A stretch of 64,000 bases of DNA from an uncultured virus (IMG/VR IMGVR_UViG_3300021401_000002) (Duplodnaviria > Heunggongvirae > Uroviricota > Caudoviricetes), in IMG/VR virus record IMGVR_UViG_3300021401_000002; one strand, written 5' to 3'. Each line of letters begins with the position of its first letter. The stretch's first letter is position 1. This document shows positions 54,179 to 64,000 of the stretch, in pieces. Under the pieces are notes generated by a model. It worked only from the letters and a program-made list of their open reading frames with translations. It searched no databases and had not been told where the DNA came from. Both the position numbers and the translations under genes were made by a program.

Positions 54179-54190
54179 GGGTAACGGGTA

Positions 54191-54398
54191 ATGCACCGAG
54201 CATGCCACGGATATCCGAGAATATCTAGAACTAAGAGCTCGCGCCTTTCGCATACTTGCACGCGATCTCGAGCCAGGGCTCGAGTCGGGGCGTACCTCTT
54301 TGGCAACGAGTGGGTGCGACCCTGCGTTCACAGCCCGTTCGAATCCCCTCGAATTCGATACTGGATATTCTCAGATATCCGTGGCATGCTCGGTGCAT
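54191..54398. promoter_or_regulatory. 38-bp inverted repeat pair forming mirrored divergent promoters
   Basis: 54191-54228 vs reverse complement of 54361-54398: 36/38 identical. Confidence 0.8.
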
Positions 54399-54412
54399 CG
54401 ATGGGTGACATC

Positions 54413-54670
54413 ATGCCGCGCAAAGCTGGACCCAACACCGAAGCCGTTTCAATTCGATTGCCTAAAACGTATCTCGCCCGAGCTTCGAACATCGCTGAAG
54501 CGGTCTCTCTCGTCTCATTTCCGGGTATCAGTATTACACGCGCTGAAGTACTTCGGGTTGCCCTAGAGAAGGGTCTCGATCTCCTTCACAAAGAAATCAA
54601 CGAGCGAATGCGGCGTGACTTGTTGGAATCTCTCAATGAAAATATGCCAGCGGAAATGCGGGTCGTATGA
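54413..54670 (+). CDS. RHH-like regulator
   Basis: AVSIRLP...ITRAEVLRVALEKGL; lone + strand gene in a - strand block. Confidence 0.7.
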   Translation: MPRKAGPNTEAVSIRLPKTYLARASNIAEAVSLVSFPGISITRAEVLRVALEKGLDLLHKEINERMRRDLLESLNENMPAEMRVV

Positions 54671-54674
54671 GCAT

Positions 54675-55133
54675 CTACAGCTGGCGCGTGGAGTGGTACT
54701 TCACCTGCTGAGGCGAGAACGCGACCACTTGCGGTTGCCCGGAGAGACCGAGTCCTACGATGCCGTCGTAGCCCATATCCGCGATTCGACGCTGCACGGT
54801 AGACGGGCTCATGCTTCGGGTGAGCGCGATCCAATCTGTCTTGGCGACCACGAATGGCCGGCTCATCGAGACATTGCACTTGATGACGCTGGGCGCTTCT
54901 GGACCGCGAGCTACGCGGAGAGCGTAGAACTCGGCGGTAGGAGCAAAATCCGTGAGGTAAATTCCAGGACCAAACTCGCCACCGCTCGACGATCGAAAAC
55001 CAGACCTCTCGATGAGCGCCCCATTGCGCGTACCGTGGAAGAGTGTTCCGCGGGTTGCTGCGCGCGCCGTACCATTCAGACTCTGCGCGACACGCTCCGC
55101 CTCGATGAGCTTGTCCTCTACGCTGCGGCTCAC
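54675..55133 (-). CDS. ADP-ribosyltransferase-like (PARP/ART H-Y type) protein
   Basis: LFHGT, FGPGIYLT, A..YA, GYDGI, QVV.F.P.Q.K. Confidence 0.75.
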   Translation of the reverse strand: MSRSVEDKLIEAERVAQSLNGTARAATRGTLFHGTRNGALIERSGFRSSSGGEFGPGIYLTDFAPTAEFYALRVARGPEAPSVIKCNVSMSRPFVVAKTDWIALTRSMSPSTVQRRIADMGYDGIVGLGLSGQPQVVAFSPQQVKYHSTRQL

Positions 55134-55767
55134 TGAGGTTCCTTGTCCGTTGGCGGCGCCTCTTCCGGTCGAACCGCTTTCATTTCTTTTTGGGTGTCCG
55201 CACGGAGCTCCTCTTCGGTCATGCCGCCGATCACGAACTCCTCGCACTTGCACCCGGCTGTCTCGCATTCCCAGCGGTGAGAGCCATCATCACGTGTCAC
55301 GTGCACATCGCGTCTGTGTTTGCAGCCCTCGCGTGCGCAGAGGACACCGCCGAGGTTCAATCTGAATTTCCCCGTGCTCGAGCCCGAGCGCGGTTTGGAA
55401 GGCGACGTCATTTTCTTGTGCCTTTGGCTTCCCTGAAGCCTTCTTCGGTTGGGATCCACAGAACGAGATCTCGAACATCCAGCCAAGTGGGCGGATCAGG
55501 TACACGCGCAAAGAGTCCATCCGCTTCGAGCTCGAAAGCATGAAAAGACGCACCGAAGTACGGCTGTTCGTCTCCCTCGAACGTAGCTGTATAGATGGCG
55601 CCACACTTGACCGCTGTCTCGAGCAAATCGCGCCGCGAGAAATCTCCGCTACCCCTCCATGGGTTTCGGTCTCCGTAATCGCCGTCGGCCATTGCCTTTT
55701 CCTCTCGCTCTTCAGTCAAGTTTACGCGCCTTCCTGAAGAGGTCCAAGACCTCTTGCAGCGTACGAG

Positions 55768-57699
55768 CTATCGGCTCGTTCGAGCGCGTATTTTGCTGCG
55801 TGCTTTGGATTTCGACTTCTTCGATTTTGTAGACGCCGACGTAAGGTGAACCACTGCAAGGGTTCCGAGTATTCCCGCTGCAATCCAAACCAGCGGATGC
55901 GTAGACTTGGAAGTTATCTCGTCGAAGCCAGCTGCGCGTTCCAAAGAAGCAACATTCATGTACTTGAGTATGGGGTCATGCACATAATTCCCTTCTGCAT
56001 CACGCATGTTCTTTCTTGGAACTAGTATAATGTTCTCGTTTGTCGAGTCCATCGGAAGCATAGGCACATAGTCTTCTTGTCCTTTGATTTGACCCTGAAC
56101 TCGTTCATTGGTTTTTCGTGCATTGTAAACCTCATACCAATGAGGAACTTCGGGAGATAGGGGTGGCAGAGTCGTTTGATGGAATGCACGACCGCCATGA
56201 GTTACGGTGGGCTTGGGCGGAGCAGGCCCGACTGGAGCAGGAGCAACCTCTTCTTCGCTCGGAATACCTGGTACTTCGATTCGAGTAGCCAGCCAGCCCG
56301 CAGGCGTTTCGACGTCAGAGGGTATGCCTGGTGGACGAATGCCTTGAACGGCATCACCTGCTGCAACGATTTCAGGTGACGAAATGCCTGGCGGTTCGAC
56401 CTTGGCTGCGAGATTGCCAGCATTGACGACTTCGGATGAAGCCATGGCTGGTGGACTCAATGCACCTGCAAATTCACCCGCTGCGGCAGTCTCTCCTGAC
56501 GGCAGGCCTGGCGGGGAAATCGCCGAGCCAATTTCGCTTGGATTGATACGCTCGTTAGATGAAATGCTTGCTGGTTGAATTCCAGCGGCCAGGTTCCCGA
56601 CGGCGACGCGTTCGTTCGATGCGATGCCAGGAGGCTGAGCGTTTAGAACAGCGTCGCCTACGCTGACGTGTTCGTTCGATGCAATACCTGGTGGATGGGC
56701 GTTTACAGCAAGCTCCCCAGCATTGACACGCTCTTTTGACACGATGCCAGGGGGTTGAGCATTTGCACTGACGTCGCCAACGTTCACGCGTTCGGTAGAC
56801 GAAATACCAGGTACGTTGATCGATGCTGACGTGTTGCCTGCGCTCATGATCGCAGCGCTCGACACGCCCGGAGGCTCTAGGTTTCTGGCAAGATCGCCAA
56901 TGTTCGCACTTCCACTAGACGAGATGCCTGGCGGTTGAATTGCGCTACCAAGCTCACCGCTATTGATTCGTTCATTTGATGAGATAGCGGGCGCGTTGAC
57001 TGATGCTGATGTATCGCCATTATTGATAATTGCACTACCTGGAATACCAGGAGGCTGAATGCGATCGGCAACATCGCTTGCGGCTATATGCTCGTTCGAT
57101 GCGATGCCAGGAGAACGAACGTTCGCGACGAGGTCGCCCGCGTTGACATGCTCGGTCGACGCGATGCCGGGTGGCTGAGCGCTTCTGGCAAGGTCTCCAG
57201 CGACGACGTGCTCGTTCGATGCGATGCCGGGTGGCTGAGCGCTTCTGGCAAGATCGCCCGCGTTGATGCGCTCGCTCGATGCGATGCCGGGTGGCTGAGC
57301 GCTTCTGGCAAGATCGCCCGCGTTGATGCGCTCGCTCGATGCGATGCCGGGTGGCTGAGCACTTCTGGCAAGGTCGCCTGCGTTGATGCGCTCGTTCGAT
57401 GCGATGCCGGGTGGCTGAGCGTTTCTGGCAAGGTCGCCTGCGTTGACCCGTTCGGCACTGACGATGCCCGCGGCTTTGATGACAAAGGCGAGCTCTGCCG
57501 GTTCGATGAGACCATGGCTCGCAAGGCCTGGCGGCTCGACGATGACGGCAATTCGAGGCATACCTTCGAGCGATGCAGACGGCACGCCTGGTGGATTGAC
57601 GATCTGAATGATCTGAGGCAGTCCATCATCTTCGGCCGATGGAATACCAGGCGGCGAAATGTTGATGTCGTTCGAAAGGATCGCAAGAAGAAGACTCAC
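55768..57699 (-). CDS. Fibrous protein with ~24 tandem 20-aa repeats and C-terminal TM
   Basis: PPGIASxE.(I/V)NAGDLARSAQ units; hydrophobic helix then basic tail. Confidence 0.75.
   Translation of the reverse strand: MSLLLAILSNDINISPPGIPSAEDDGLPQIIQIVNPPGVPSASLEGMPRIAVIVEPPGLASHGLIEPAELAFVIKAAGIVSAERVNAGDLARNAQPPGIASNERINAGDLARSAQPPGIASSERINAGDLARSAQPPGIASSERINAGDLARSAQPPGIASNEHVVAGDLARSAQPPGIASTEHVNAGDLVANVRSPGIASNEHIAASDVADRIQPPGIPGSAIINNGDTSASVNAPAISSNERINSGELGSAIQPPGISSSGSANIGDLARNLEPPGVSSAAIMSAGNTSASINVPGISSTERVNVGDVSANAQPPGIVSKERVNAGELAVNAHPPGIASNEHVSVGDAVLNAQPPGIASNERVAVGNLAAGIQPASISSNERINPSEIGSAISPPGLPSGETAAAGEFAGALSPPAMASSEVVNAGNLAAKVEPPGISSPEIVAAGDAVQGIRPPGIPSDVETPAGWLATRIEVPGIPSEEEVAPAPVGPAPPKPTVTHGGRAFHQTTLPPLSPEVPHWYEVYNARKTNERVQGQIKGQEDYVPMLPMDSTNENIILVPRKNMRDAEGNYVHDPILKYMNVASLERAAGFDEITSKSTHPLVWIAAGILGTLAVVHLTSASTKSKKSKSKARSKIRARTSR
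57150..57447. repeat. Near-perfect 60-bp coding tandem repeat (~5 copies)
   Basis: Successive 60-nt lines are nearly identical. Confidence 0.9.
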
Positions 57700-57722
57700 G
57701 GCAGTGGCTCTTATTCTTGCTC

Positions 57723-59855
57723 TTACGGATTAGCTGGTTTGACGACTTCGACACTGCACTCTTGAATCGTTACCGTCTTGCTCGCACCTGTTGTAAGCGA
57801 AACTCCCCAAAACTGCTGTACAGTTGTTGTATTGAATGTCGCCATCACAGCAACAAGGATGTTGTTTGCCTGAGCGATGAACCCTTCGGCTACACCCAGC
57901 AAGCCACTATCGATCATGCAGTAAGCGATGGCAGTCGCAGCAGCTCCCAATGTACGAATTGTGAGATCGATGACAATCTTGAACGGAACTGCCGTTATCG
58001 CGCTACCCACGCCTGTAGTGAAAGTGGCCACCGCCGCATCAGCAGAAGTACCCGTCGTACCGAGTCTCACGACAATGGTGTTCGCTGCTGTACCTGCTGC
58101 CACTGAAGTAACACCCTCAATTGTCCATCGAAGCTTGGTTCCAATCTGAAATCCTTGTGGCGGAACCGAGATGACCGAGCCTGTAATTTCCGTCAGCGTT
58201 GCCGCTGCAATGGCTTGATCTGCAATGTTGACAGGCGCTGACACACAAAGCGGAAGGCCCATTCCGCCATTTGGATTCCAATGGAAAAATGCATTCCCTT
58301 CGACAGTGGGAATCGGTTCTCCGTTGGCCATCTGGTAATCGTGCCAATAGTTCGCTTGAGCTTGTGGCGTAAGCATCGTTCCTGCGTTGTTCACGCCCAT
58401 GACCGAACAGCCGCCAGGTCCCGCCGTACCACCATGAAATGTGTTGTTACGAGCGTGAAGCGTAGAAACCGAGTGACCGTTCAAACGCACGCCAGGTTTC
58501 GTGACACGGTTGATCGCGTTCGTTACAACGTTGCTGCCACCGTTGATGACGAGGTTTTGCGTGTCCATCGAATCCGAATCACGGAACTCGAGCCCGGCTG
58601 GTCCCCACGTCGAGCCTTGCGAAAGGACGATCGTATCGAGGTGCCACAAGCACGTGTTGGCTGTCGCATCACCGTCGAACATCATCATGCAGGCGTTACC
58701 AGGAAAGGCTTGTACGACGTTCGAACCGCTCACCGTAGTGTAGACGGCCGCAGCTGCATCGGTCGCATCGACAGTGCAGCCCGTGAGCGTTGTTGTTCCG
58801 CCTCCGCCCGTGTAGTTGACGAGCACTGGAATGCCGAGCGTCGTCATCACCCACACGTAACCTGACGTCGTAAGTCCGTTCGCTGCTGCAAGCGTGAGGC
58901 TTTGGCCTGTCGCTGATAGAGTGATCGCCGACGTCGTCGTGGTCGGCGTCGTCGTCACGCCCTGCGCCGGTTGCTCTAGGAGTCGAGCACTGACGTTCAT
59001 CATGTGACCGCGCGTGCAATCCTTTGCTTCACCAAGAGAACCTGCGTTCGGCACAGCGAGTCCCGGTCCTACGACTCCCGTGTGATAGGCAATCGCTGCT
59101 GCGTCCATGACGAACACGTCTTCGATCGTGGCTCCGTGACACGAAGCCATTCGGATGCCTTTGAGTGCTGCAGGCCCATCACCGTTACGACAGTCGATCC
59201 AAAAGTGGCTGAGCGTAACCTGCTTGAGGGCTTGGTTCGAAACGCCAACCGTAGGCTGAATCGTCATGACAGCGCTGAATGGTGTGCCACCGTCCGATGT
59301 GGTGCCTGCGTACGCAATACATGTACCTCCAACCTTCGTATAGTCGCCGACGTCGGCTGTGTGACCGCCTCCAATGCCAAAAATCTGAAGGGTCTTGTTG
59401 ATCGTTGGAAGAATGCTCGAAATACCCGAACGATTGGTGAACCCCGTCGCCGTCCATGCTTCACGCATGAAGATGATGCCGCCTGGATAAACCGAATTGT
59501 TCAAATCGTTGATGAGGTTCGTCCATGCAGGCAAATCGTCCGTATGAATTTGAAGTCCCTTGGCCGATGCTGTGTTGGTCGTATTCGGCGTAACATTCAC
59601 CGAGCTCGATGAGTTCAGGCTCGTGATCGTGCCTACGTACGGCGCGATGTTCGGCGACGTGCCAGCGCCAGCAGCCGTGAGAACAATGCGTTTACCGATG
59701 TCTTGATTTCCGAAGTTTGCGGTCGCGCTCGTGATGATGCCAGTTCCACCTGTCGTTGCGCCGTCGAACACGACACGATGATCAAAGGCGCAGCCATATG
59801 TGGCGATGGGATCGATGACTTGAAACTGCGGGATGACGGAGCCGAAGTTGGGCAT
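57723..59855 (-). CDS. Tail spike/fiber-like protein with beta-helix character
   Basis: G/T/A/N-rich; YG.....D and D..AW..I.....G.I pattern of pectin-lyase-like spikes. Confidence 0.6.
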   Translation of the reverse strand: MPNFGSVIPQFQVIDPIATYGCAFDHRVVFDGATTGGTGIITSATANFGNQDIGKRIVLTAAGAGTSPNIAPYVGTITSLNSSSSVNVTPNTTNTASAKGLQIHTDDLPAWTNLINDLNNSVYPGGIIFMREAWTATGFTNRSGISSILPTINKTLQIFGIGGGHTADVGDYTKVGGTCIAYAGTTSDGGTPFSAVMTIQPTVGVSNQALKQVTLSHFWIDCRNGDGPAALKGIRMASCHGATIEDVFVMDAAAIAYHTGVVGPGLAVPNAGSLGEAKDCTRGHMMNVSARLLEQPAQGVTTTPTTTTSAITLSATGQSLTLAAANGLTTSGYVWVMTTLGIPVLVNYTGGGGTTTLTGCTVDATDAAAAVYTTVSGSNVVQAFPGNACMMMFDGDATANTCLWHLDTIVLSQGSTWGPAGLEFRDSDSMDTQNLVINGGSNVVTNAINRVTKPGVRLNGHSVSTLHARNNTFHGGTAGPGGCSVMGVNNAGTMLTPQAQANYWHDYQMANGEPIPTVEGNAFFHWNPNGGMGLPLCVSAPVNIADQAIAAATLTEITGSVISVPPQGFQIGTKLRWTIEGVTSVAAGTAANTIVVRLGTTGTSADAAVATFTTGVGSAITAVPFKIVIDLTIRTLGAAATAIAYCMIDSGLLGVAEGFIAQANNILVAVMATFNTTTVQQFWGVSLTTGASKTVTIQECSVEVVKPANP

Positions 59856-59868
59856 ATTTCTTCCCTTC

Positions 59869-61584
59869 CTAAACAGTCAGCTCTGTGATGTTCGCAAATC
59901 CGTTTGCCGCTGCCCAAATGCCGGTGATTTGACCTGTATACCCAAACGGAAGCTCGTGTACACCACCTGAAATAGCGACCTGTACTGTGTAGCCACCGTT
60001 TGCGATTGAAGCGGCTGTCGATCCATAACGAAGATACAAAATGGACGTCGAGCTATTGACGATGATGGCACCAAGGCGAGCCGTGTTCGCTGCCAAAATT
60101 GTTTGTGATGCTGCCGACGATGCAACGCCTGTGACGTTCGGCGTCGATGCTCTTGTTTGAGCTGACGCAGGACTGAGCGCGACAACGAGAGCCGTATCCG
60201 TGACAGCAGACTGAGTCGAGGCCGCTTTGATCGTATCGAGCGTCGATTGCGTTACTCCGTCACGAAGCGCAAGAGCGCTACCAACATATACTGTGTTGAC
60301 TTGATCGCTGATGACGACTTTGACTGTTGCCGTACCGGTCCATGCAGCAGTAGCTCGAATTCGAAAATTCGTGCATCCACTGACATTCAAGCCACCAATG
60401 AAATTAGCTGTGAAGTTATTGGTCGTATATGCAGTACCCGTTTGGTGAACATCAGAAGCAGTCCACGTGGTTCCACCATCCAAACTGATTTCAACGGTGA
60501 GCGTCCCGGTCCAAGCACCCGTGACCATGACCTTGACGGTCTCGTCGGTTTGGCATGCGAACGAAGCCGTAGAGCCTGCAGTAGCTGCCCCCGTGATGAA
60601 GTTCTGTCCATTGGCTTCGCCTGTAGAAGTCGAAGCAACGTCTTGTGCTGTGATGTTCTGCGTCGCAGGCTGAGTGTCTTGTACTGGATCGATGATGACT
60701 GGGTGAGCGTTCGTTCCGAGAACGTTCGTGCCATCGGTGATTTCGACAGGCCAAGCGGCTGCAAGAAGCGCCGCCGTTCCTTGGTTCGCGGTAACCGTTC
60801 CTGAAACAGGCTGGGTGACCGCAGACCCATCGACTTTTAGAGCGCTCGCTGCAGTAACTGTCGCTGTGTTTCCGCCTTGAACGATTTGCGTCTCTTGAGC
60901 GCCATTGGTTTGGTTCGCTGACGTTGCGGCTCCCGCTGGAAGGGGAAGCGCTGCTGCAGTGATGGCGACTGAATTATTGGGTGAGACTGCGACGACTACG
61001 GCGGGGTCAGTTGCAACGGCCGCAGTGCTTGCGGCTTTGACCGCAGTAGGACCATTGGTGCCGTCAGTGATTTCTATAGGCCACGCATTCGCTTTCGTAT
61101 TGGGCGTGCCTTGATTGGCTGTAACAGTTCCACTGATGCTCTCGGGTACGAGCGTCGAATTCGAAGGCGTGATGACCACGCTCGTCGTCATCGATGCGCC
61201 ACCCGTGATGGCAGAAATGCGAACACGCACTGCAAAGAAGCCAGCGACGCTAGCGACCCATTGTCCATTGGCCGATGTCGAAGAGACCGAAGCTCCTCCA
61301 CCTACGGGCACGGCTGAAATCGAAAACCACGTGCTATCGTCAATGGTGGCTTCGAAGGTTGCAGTGATGGTTCCTGCGGTTGCGCCAATGTTGATGCCGA
61401 TCGAGCCTTGTCCTCCCAAAGTGAGCGTAACAGCAGCATTCAGCGCGTTGAGTACGTTGCCGAGCGAGTTCACGTCGCTCATCGGGTTGCCGTACTGGTC
61501 GTAGAGCGTCGTACGCGCGGCGTTCGAGCCGCTGTCGACTTTGAGTACTGTCAGCCCATCTGCGCCAAGGATTTCCCAAGCCAT
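59869..61584 (-). CDS. Virion structural/tail fiber-like protein
   Basis: A/T/G-rich; internal repeats (SGTVTANQGT, WP.EITDGTN, KAAST). Confidence 0.6.
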   Translation of the reverse strand: MAWEILGADGLTVLKVDSGSNAARTTLYDQYGNPMSDVNSLGNVLNALNAAVTLTLGGQGSIGINIGATAGTITATFEATIDDSTWFSISAVPVGGGASVSSTSANGQWVASVAGFFAVRVRISAITGGASMTTSVVITPSNSTLVPESISGTVTANQGTPNTKANAWPIEITDGTNGPTAVKAASTAAVATDPAVVVAVSPNNSVAITAAALPLPAGAATSANQTNGAQETQIVQGGNTATVTAASALKVDGSAVTQPVSGTVTANQGTAALLAAAWPVEITDGTNVLGTNAHPVIIDPVQDTQPATQNITAQDVASTSTGEANGQNFITGAATAGSTASFACQTDETVKVMVTGAWTGTLTVEISLDGGTTWTASDVHQTGTAYTTNNFTANFIGGLNVSGCTNFRIRATAAWTGTATVKVVISDQVNTVYVGSALALRDGVTQSTLDTIKAASTQSAVTDTALVVALSPASAQTRASTPNVTGVASSAASQTILAANTARLGAIIVNSSTSILYLRYGSTAASIANGGYTVQVAISGGVHELPFGYTGQITGIWAAANGFANITELTV

Positions 61585-61593
61585 GATTTCTCC

Positions 61594-61887
61594 TTACGCC
61601 CAGACCCAGAGCAAATTGAACCGGCCAATGGTTCTCATGTTGGCTGCAACTTCGATGGTGAAGCCCGTTCCAGGAACGATGGTTCGACAAACGACGCCGG
61701 CTGTCGATGCGAGCATCGCGTGCTCGTCCGTCGAATGGTCCGCCGTTCCTGCTTGATCGGTTCCGTCGACCCATGCTTCGCAGAATGACGTCGCAAGGAT
61801 GCCGGCTTGACCTGTGACGACAACGCTCGCATCTGTATTGCCCGGAGCGGCGCCGAAATTCACAATCGCAGAGCCTTTACCGCTCAT
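61594..61887 (-). CDS. Small structural protein
   Basis: Stop/start overlap within the structural operon. Confidence 0.55.
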   Translation of the reverse strand: MSGKGSAIVNFGAAPGNTDASVVVTGQAGILATSFCEAWVDGTDQAGTADHSTDEHAMLASTAGVVCRTIVPGTGFTIEVAANMRTIGRFNLLWVWA

Positions 61888-62786
61888 CAGATTGCCATGA
61901 TCGCAGTGGGCAATCCGGGGTACCAAAGAACTGGTACCGTGAAGTTGATGTTACCGCCGTTCGGTGTGAACGGCAGACCCGCGATGGTTGCGATGACATC
62001 GGCCTGATGGCCTGGTGGAATTGCGCCGCCGAGCGCTGTCACCGTCAGCGATCGATCGCCTTGATTGGCAGCGACGGAAAGCGTCGCAGACTGGCCATTG
62101 GAAAACCAAAGAACCGAACCAGACGGAATGCCAGCAATGAGTGGCTCGACGAAAATTGTCGTAGCAAGCAGCGCTGCGTTCGTATTGCATACGACTTGAA
62201 GCTTTCCATCGTTGATGGCAATGAGCCTGTTCGTTGCGTCCGAACCCCCCGCAGCATCATAAAAGATAATCGCCCAAGCTTGCTGTCCTGCATATCCTTG
62301 CGATACCGCACTCCAGGTCCAATTCGTTGCCGAGAGCACGCCTCCAACGTCCGTAGTGCCTGCGAGCGGTTCGGCATCGGTGCCAACGCGACCGTTACCT
62401 TGAATGATGTCTGCGACGAATGACGCTTGCGTGAGGTTGACCGCCCATCCACCCGATGTGTAGGCACCTGAGCCCGCAACGCTGATGCCTGCACCCTCGA
62501 GTGTGAGCATCTGGTACGTGTTCGTGGTAACTGCCGCGACTCGTCCAAGTTGGTTCGTCGAGAGATTTCCGAGAATGCCTCCGTTGAGGACGATGTCGCC
62601 GTTCGAAAATCCGTGCGCTGCTGACGTATAGACCGCGGGATTCGCGTTCGTGACGTTCGTGATCTCGCGCGTCCATGTCGCAACTTGCGTCGGATCGAAC
62701 AGCGCCGCGCCTTGGTTGTCTGCGACCCAGCCGATGAGCTTTTCGCCGAAACCGTGGCGGCCTTTGTCGAACATGCGTCCTGACAT
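61887..62786 (-). CDS. Virion structural protein
   Basis: IT..TNANPAV.TS.AHGFSNGD beta module; GLP.TPNGGNI C-terminus; AAGGAG SD. Confidence 0.6.
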   Translation of the reverse strand: MSGRMFDKGRHGFGEKLIGWVADNQGAALFDPTQVATWTREITNVTNANPAVYTSAAHGFSNGDIVLNGGILGNLSTNQLGRVAAVTTNTYQMLTLEGAGISVAGSGAYTSGGWAVNLTQASFVADIIQGNGRVGTDAEPLAGTTDVGGVLSATNWTWSAVSQGYAGQQAWAIIFYDAAGGSDATNRLIAINDGKLQVVCNTNAALLATTIFVEPLIAGIPSGSVLWFSNGQSATLSVAANQGDRSLTVTALGGAIPPGHQADVIATIAGLPFTPNGGNINFTVPVLWYPGLPTAIMAI

Positions 62787-62911
62787 GAGAGACTCTCCTT
62801 TGCACCCACAAAACCGAGGTGAAAGAGAGCCGCCTAACTCAGCTCACGTTCGAGGTCAGTCTACAAGAACGCACAGATTTACGCAAAGAAGCCGAAGAAA
62901 TCAGAGATGCG

Positions 62912-63232
62912 CTAGCGATTCAAGACATGCAGGCCAATGACGACCCACGCAGCCGCAATACCGAGCACGTAGCCAACGAAGTCGGTCATGTTGTCTTTGA
63001 ACGTCTGTTTCGGTAACTCGAAATTCGCATCGTAGAGAAACTCTTTTGCGGCAGCTAGAGCGATACCTGCAACGCTGACGATATCAAGAGCTCTGTAATT
63101 GGAATTCGAGAGATACGCAGTCGTGAGCACGATGCCGAATGCCCACGCGAAGTGACCCATGTTTGCAAGGAACTGAACTTCGTTCATGAAGTTCGAGTGC
63201 GCTGTAAGCCAAGCACTGATCTTCGTCCACAT
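62912..63232 (-). CDS. Small multi-TM membrane protein
   Basis: Three hydrophobic segments with H..KE..D residues. Confidence 0.55.
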   Translation of the reverse strand: MWTKISAWLTAHSNFMNEVQFLANMGHFAWAFGIVLTTAYLSNSNYRALDIVSVAGIALAAAKEFLYDANFELPKQTFKDNMTDFVGYVLGIAAAWVVIGLHVLNR

Positions 63233-63448
63233 GGCTACGCCAATCGCCTTTTGGTGGAGTGCTCAGCGCGCATACGAGACGACGTTTTTGGACCAAGCGA
63301 GCTTTGGCTCACGGCGTTCGCTGCCGCTTCGCACCCGATTCCCATGAAGTCATAGAGCGCGTCGTCGCATGGACCGCAAAGACCGAAAGCTTCTGGGTGC
63401 GCTGGACGCTTTTGGCAGCGATTGCACATTTCAACATCGGTCATGCAA

Positions 63449-63916
63449 TTACCCTATGTGAAATATGTAGTGCCCGACAATCAAAGTAACGACACCTACG
63501 ACGACTGCAATCGCACTACCCACAAACGTCTTCTTCCAGAAGTTGTATTTGTGCTTGAACTCGCGAAGGTTACGGGTCTTCGTATCCTCGACTTCATCTT
63601 GAATCTCTTCGACCTTGGCCTCGATGCGTCGCTCTGATTTGCGCACCTTGACGCCGAGCTGCTTGAAGGCTTCGCGCGTCTCGCCCATGAACGCACGTGT
63701 TTCTTGCATGAAGGCGCTGGTGTTCGTCTGAAACGTCGCTTGCGCGCTCCTAGTTGCTGCAAGCTCTCTCATCATTCCGCCTACGGCGTACTCGCAGTTC
63801 AGAGCCGAATTTGCTGCAATGCGCGCGTACTCCTCAGCGCTCTTGCCCGTTGGAACATCCAAGCGATCACCGTTGCCGTAGTCGTCAGGATGGCTACGCG
63901 GGGGCATCGTAGTCAC
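63449..63916 (-). CDS. Coiled-coil protein with C-terminal TM
   Basis: Heptad-rich middle; terminal hydrophobic helix; AAGGG SD. Confidence 0.6.
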   Translation of the reverse strand: MTTMPPRSHPDDYGNGDRLDVPTGKSAEEYARIAANSALNCEYAVGGMMRELAATRSAQATFQTNTSAFMQETRAFMGETREAFKQLGVKVRKSERRIEAKVEEIQDEVEDTKTRNLREFKHKYNFWKKTFVGSAIAVVVGVVTLIVGHYIFHIG

Positions 63917-64000
63917 ATCCCTTCTCCGTCATGCTCCGGAGGCGCGGGCTCGGAGTCCATCGCGAAATCGTCGAACGTGCGCCCGATGAGCGAATCGTTC

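Noticed and set aside
53200..54203. Alternative long ORFs overlapping the OB-fold gene
   Set aside because: Arg/Ser-rich off-frame translations of a well-supported CDS
57150..57447. 60-bp periodic repeats as a CRISPR array
   Set aside because: Head-to-tail with no unique spacers, and in frame within a protein-coding gene
1..64000. tRNA, rRNA, reverse transcriptase/DGR, cas1/cas3/cas5/cas6, terminase or major capsid genes
   Set aside because: No recognisable motifs by eye; divergent copies cannot be excluded without HMM or covariance searches

Overview
GC-rich (roughly 60% by eye) segment of a large phage or prophage genome; the host is plausibly Myxococcota/Polyangiaceae, inferred from the K/S-rich histone-like protein family. 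Layout: (1) 475-3220, + strand: histone-like protein, MT-A70 methyltransferase, SSB-like gene and a terminator. (2) ~3240-13390, a foreign-looking accessory island: recA remnant, DUF4065/Panacea plus proteasome-beta-like protease pair, RHH-membrane-pYEATS operon, serine recombinase, ISL3 element, IS630/IS66 remnants and an orphan toxin-immunity-like pair. (3) 13401-37461, a long + strand run of tightly overlapping genes: SNF2 helicase, SLOG, RNAP alpha-CTD, MazG-like, HD hydrolase, NDT-like, ThyX, ARC/Mpa-like AAA ATPase and cell-wall hydrolases. (4) 37448-54178, - strand: a Cas7/RAMP-like gene, FtsK, a mosaic cluster of small genes sharing repeat blocks, and many wHTH/RHH proteins. (5) 54675-63916, - strand: ART-like gene and virion/tail-type genes. 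The top signal is a stand-alone Cas7/RAMP-like gene (38752-39378) with an RHH regulator, twin operators and a divergent non-coding array of 13 pentamers of form GGY-NN (39590-39654), a candidate non-CRISPR RNA-guided (VIPR-like) system. No CRISPR array, tRNA or rRNA was recognised. All family calls come from motif recognition by eye, not database searches.
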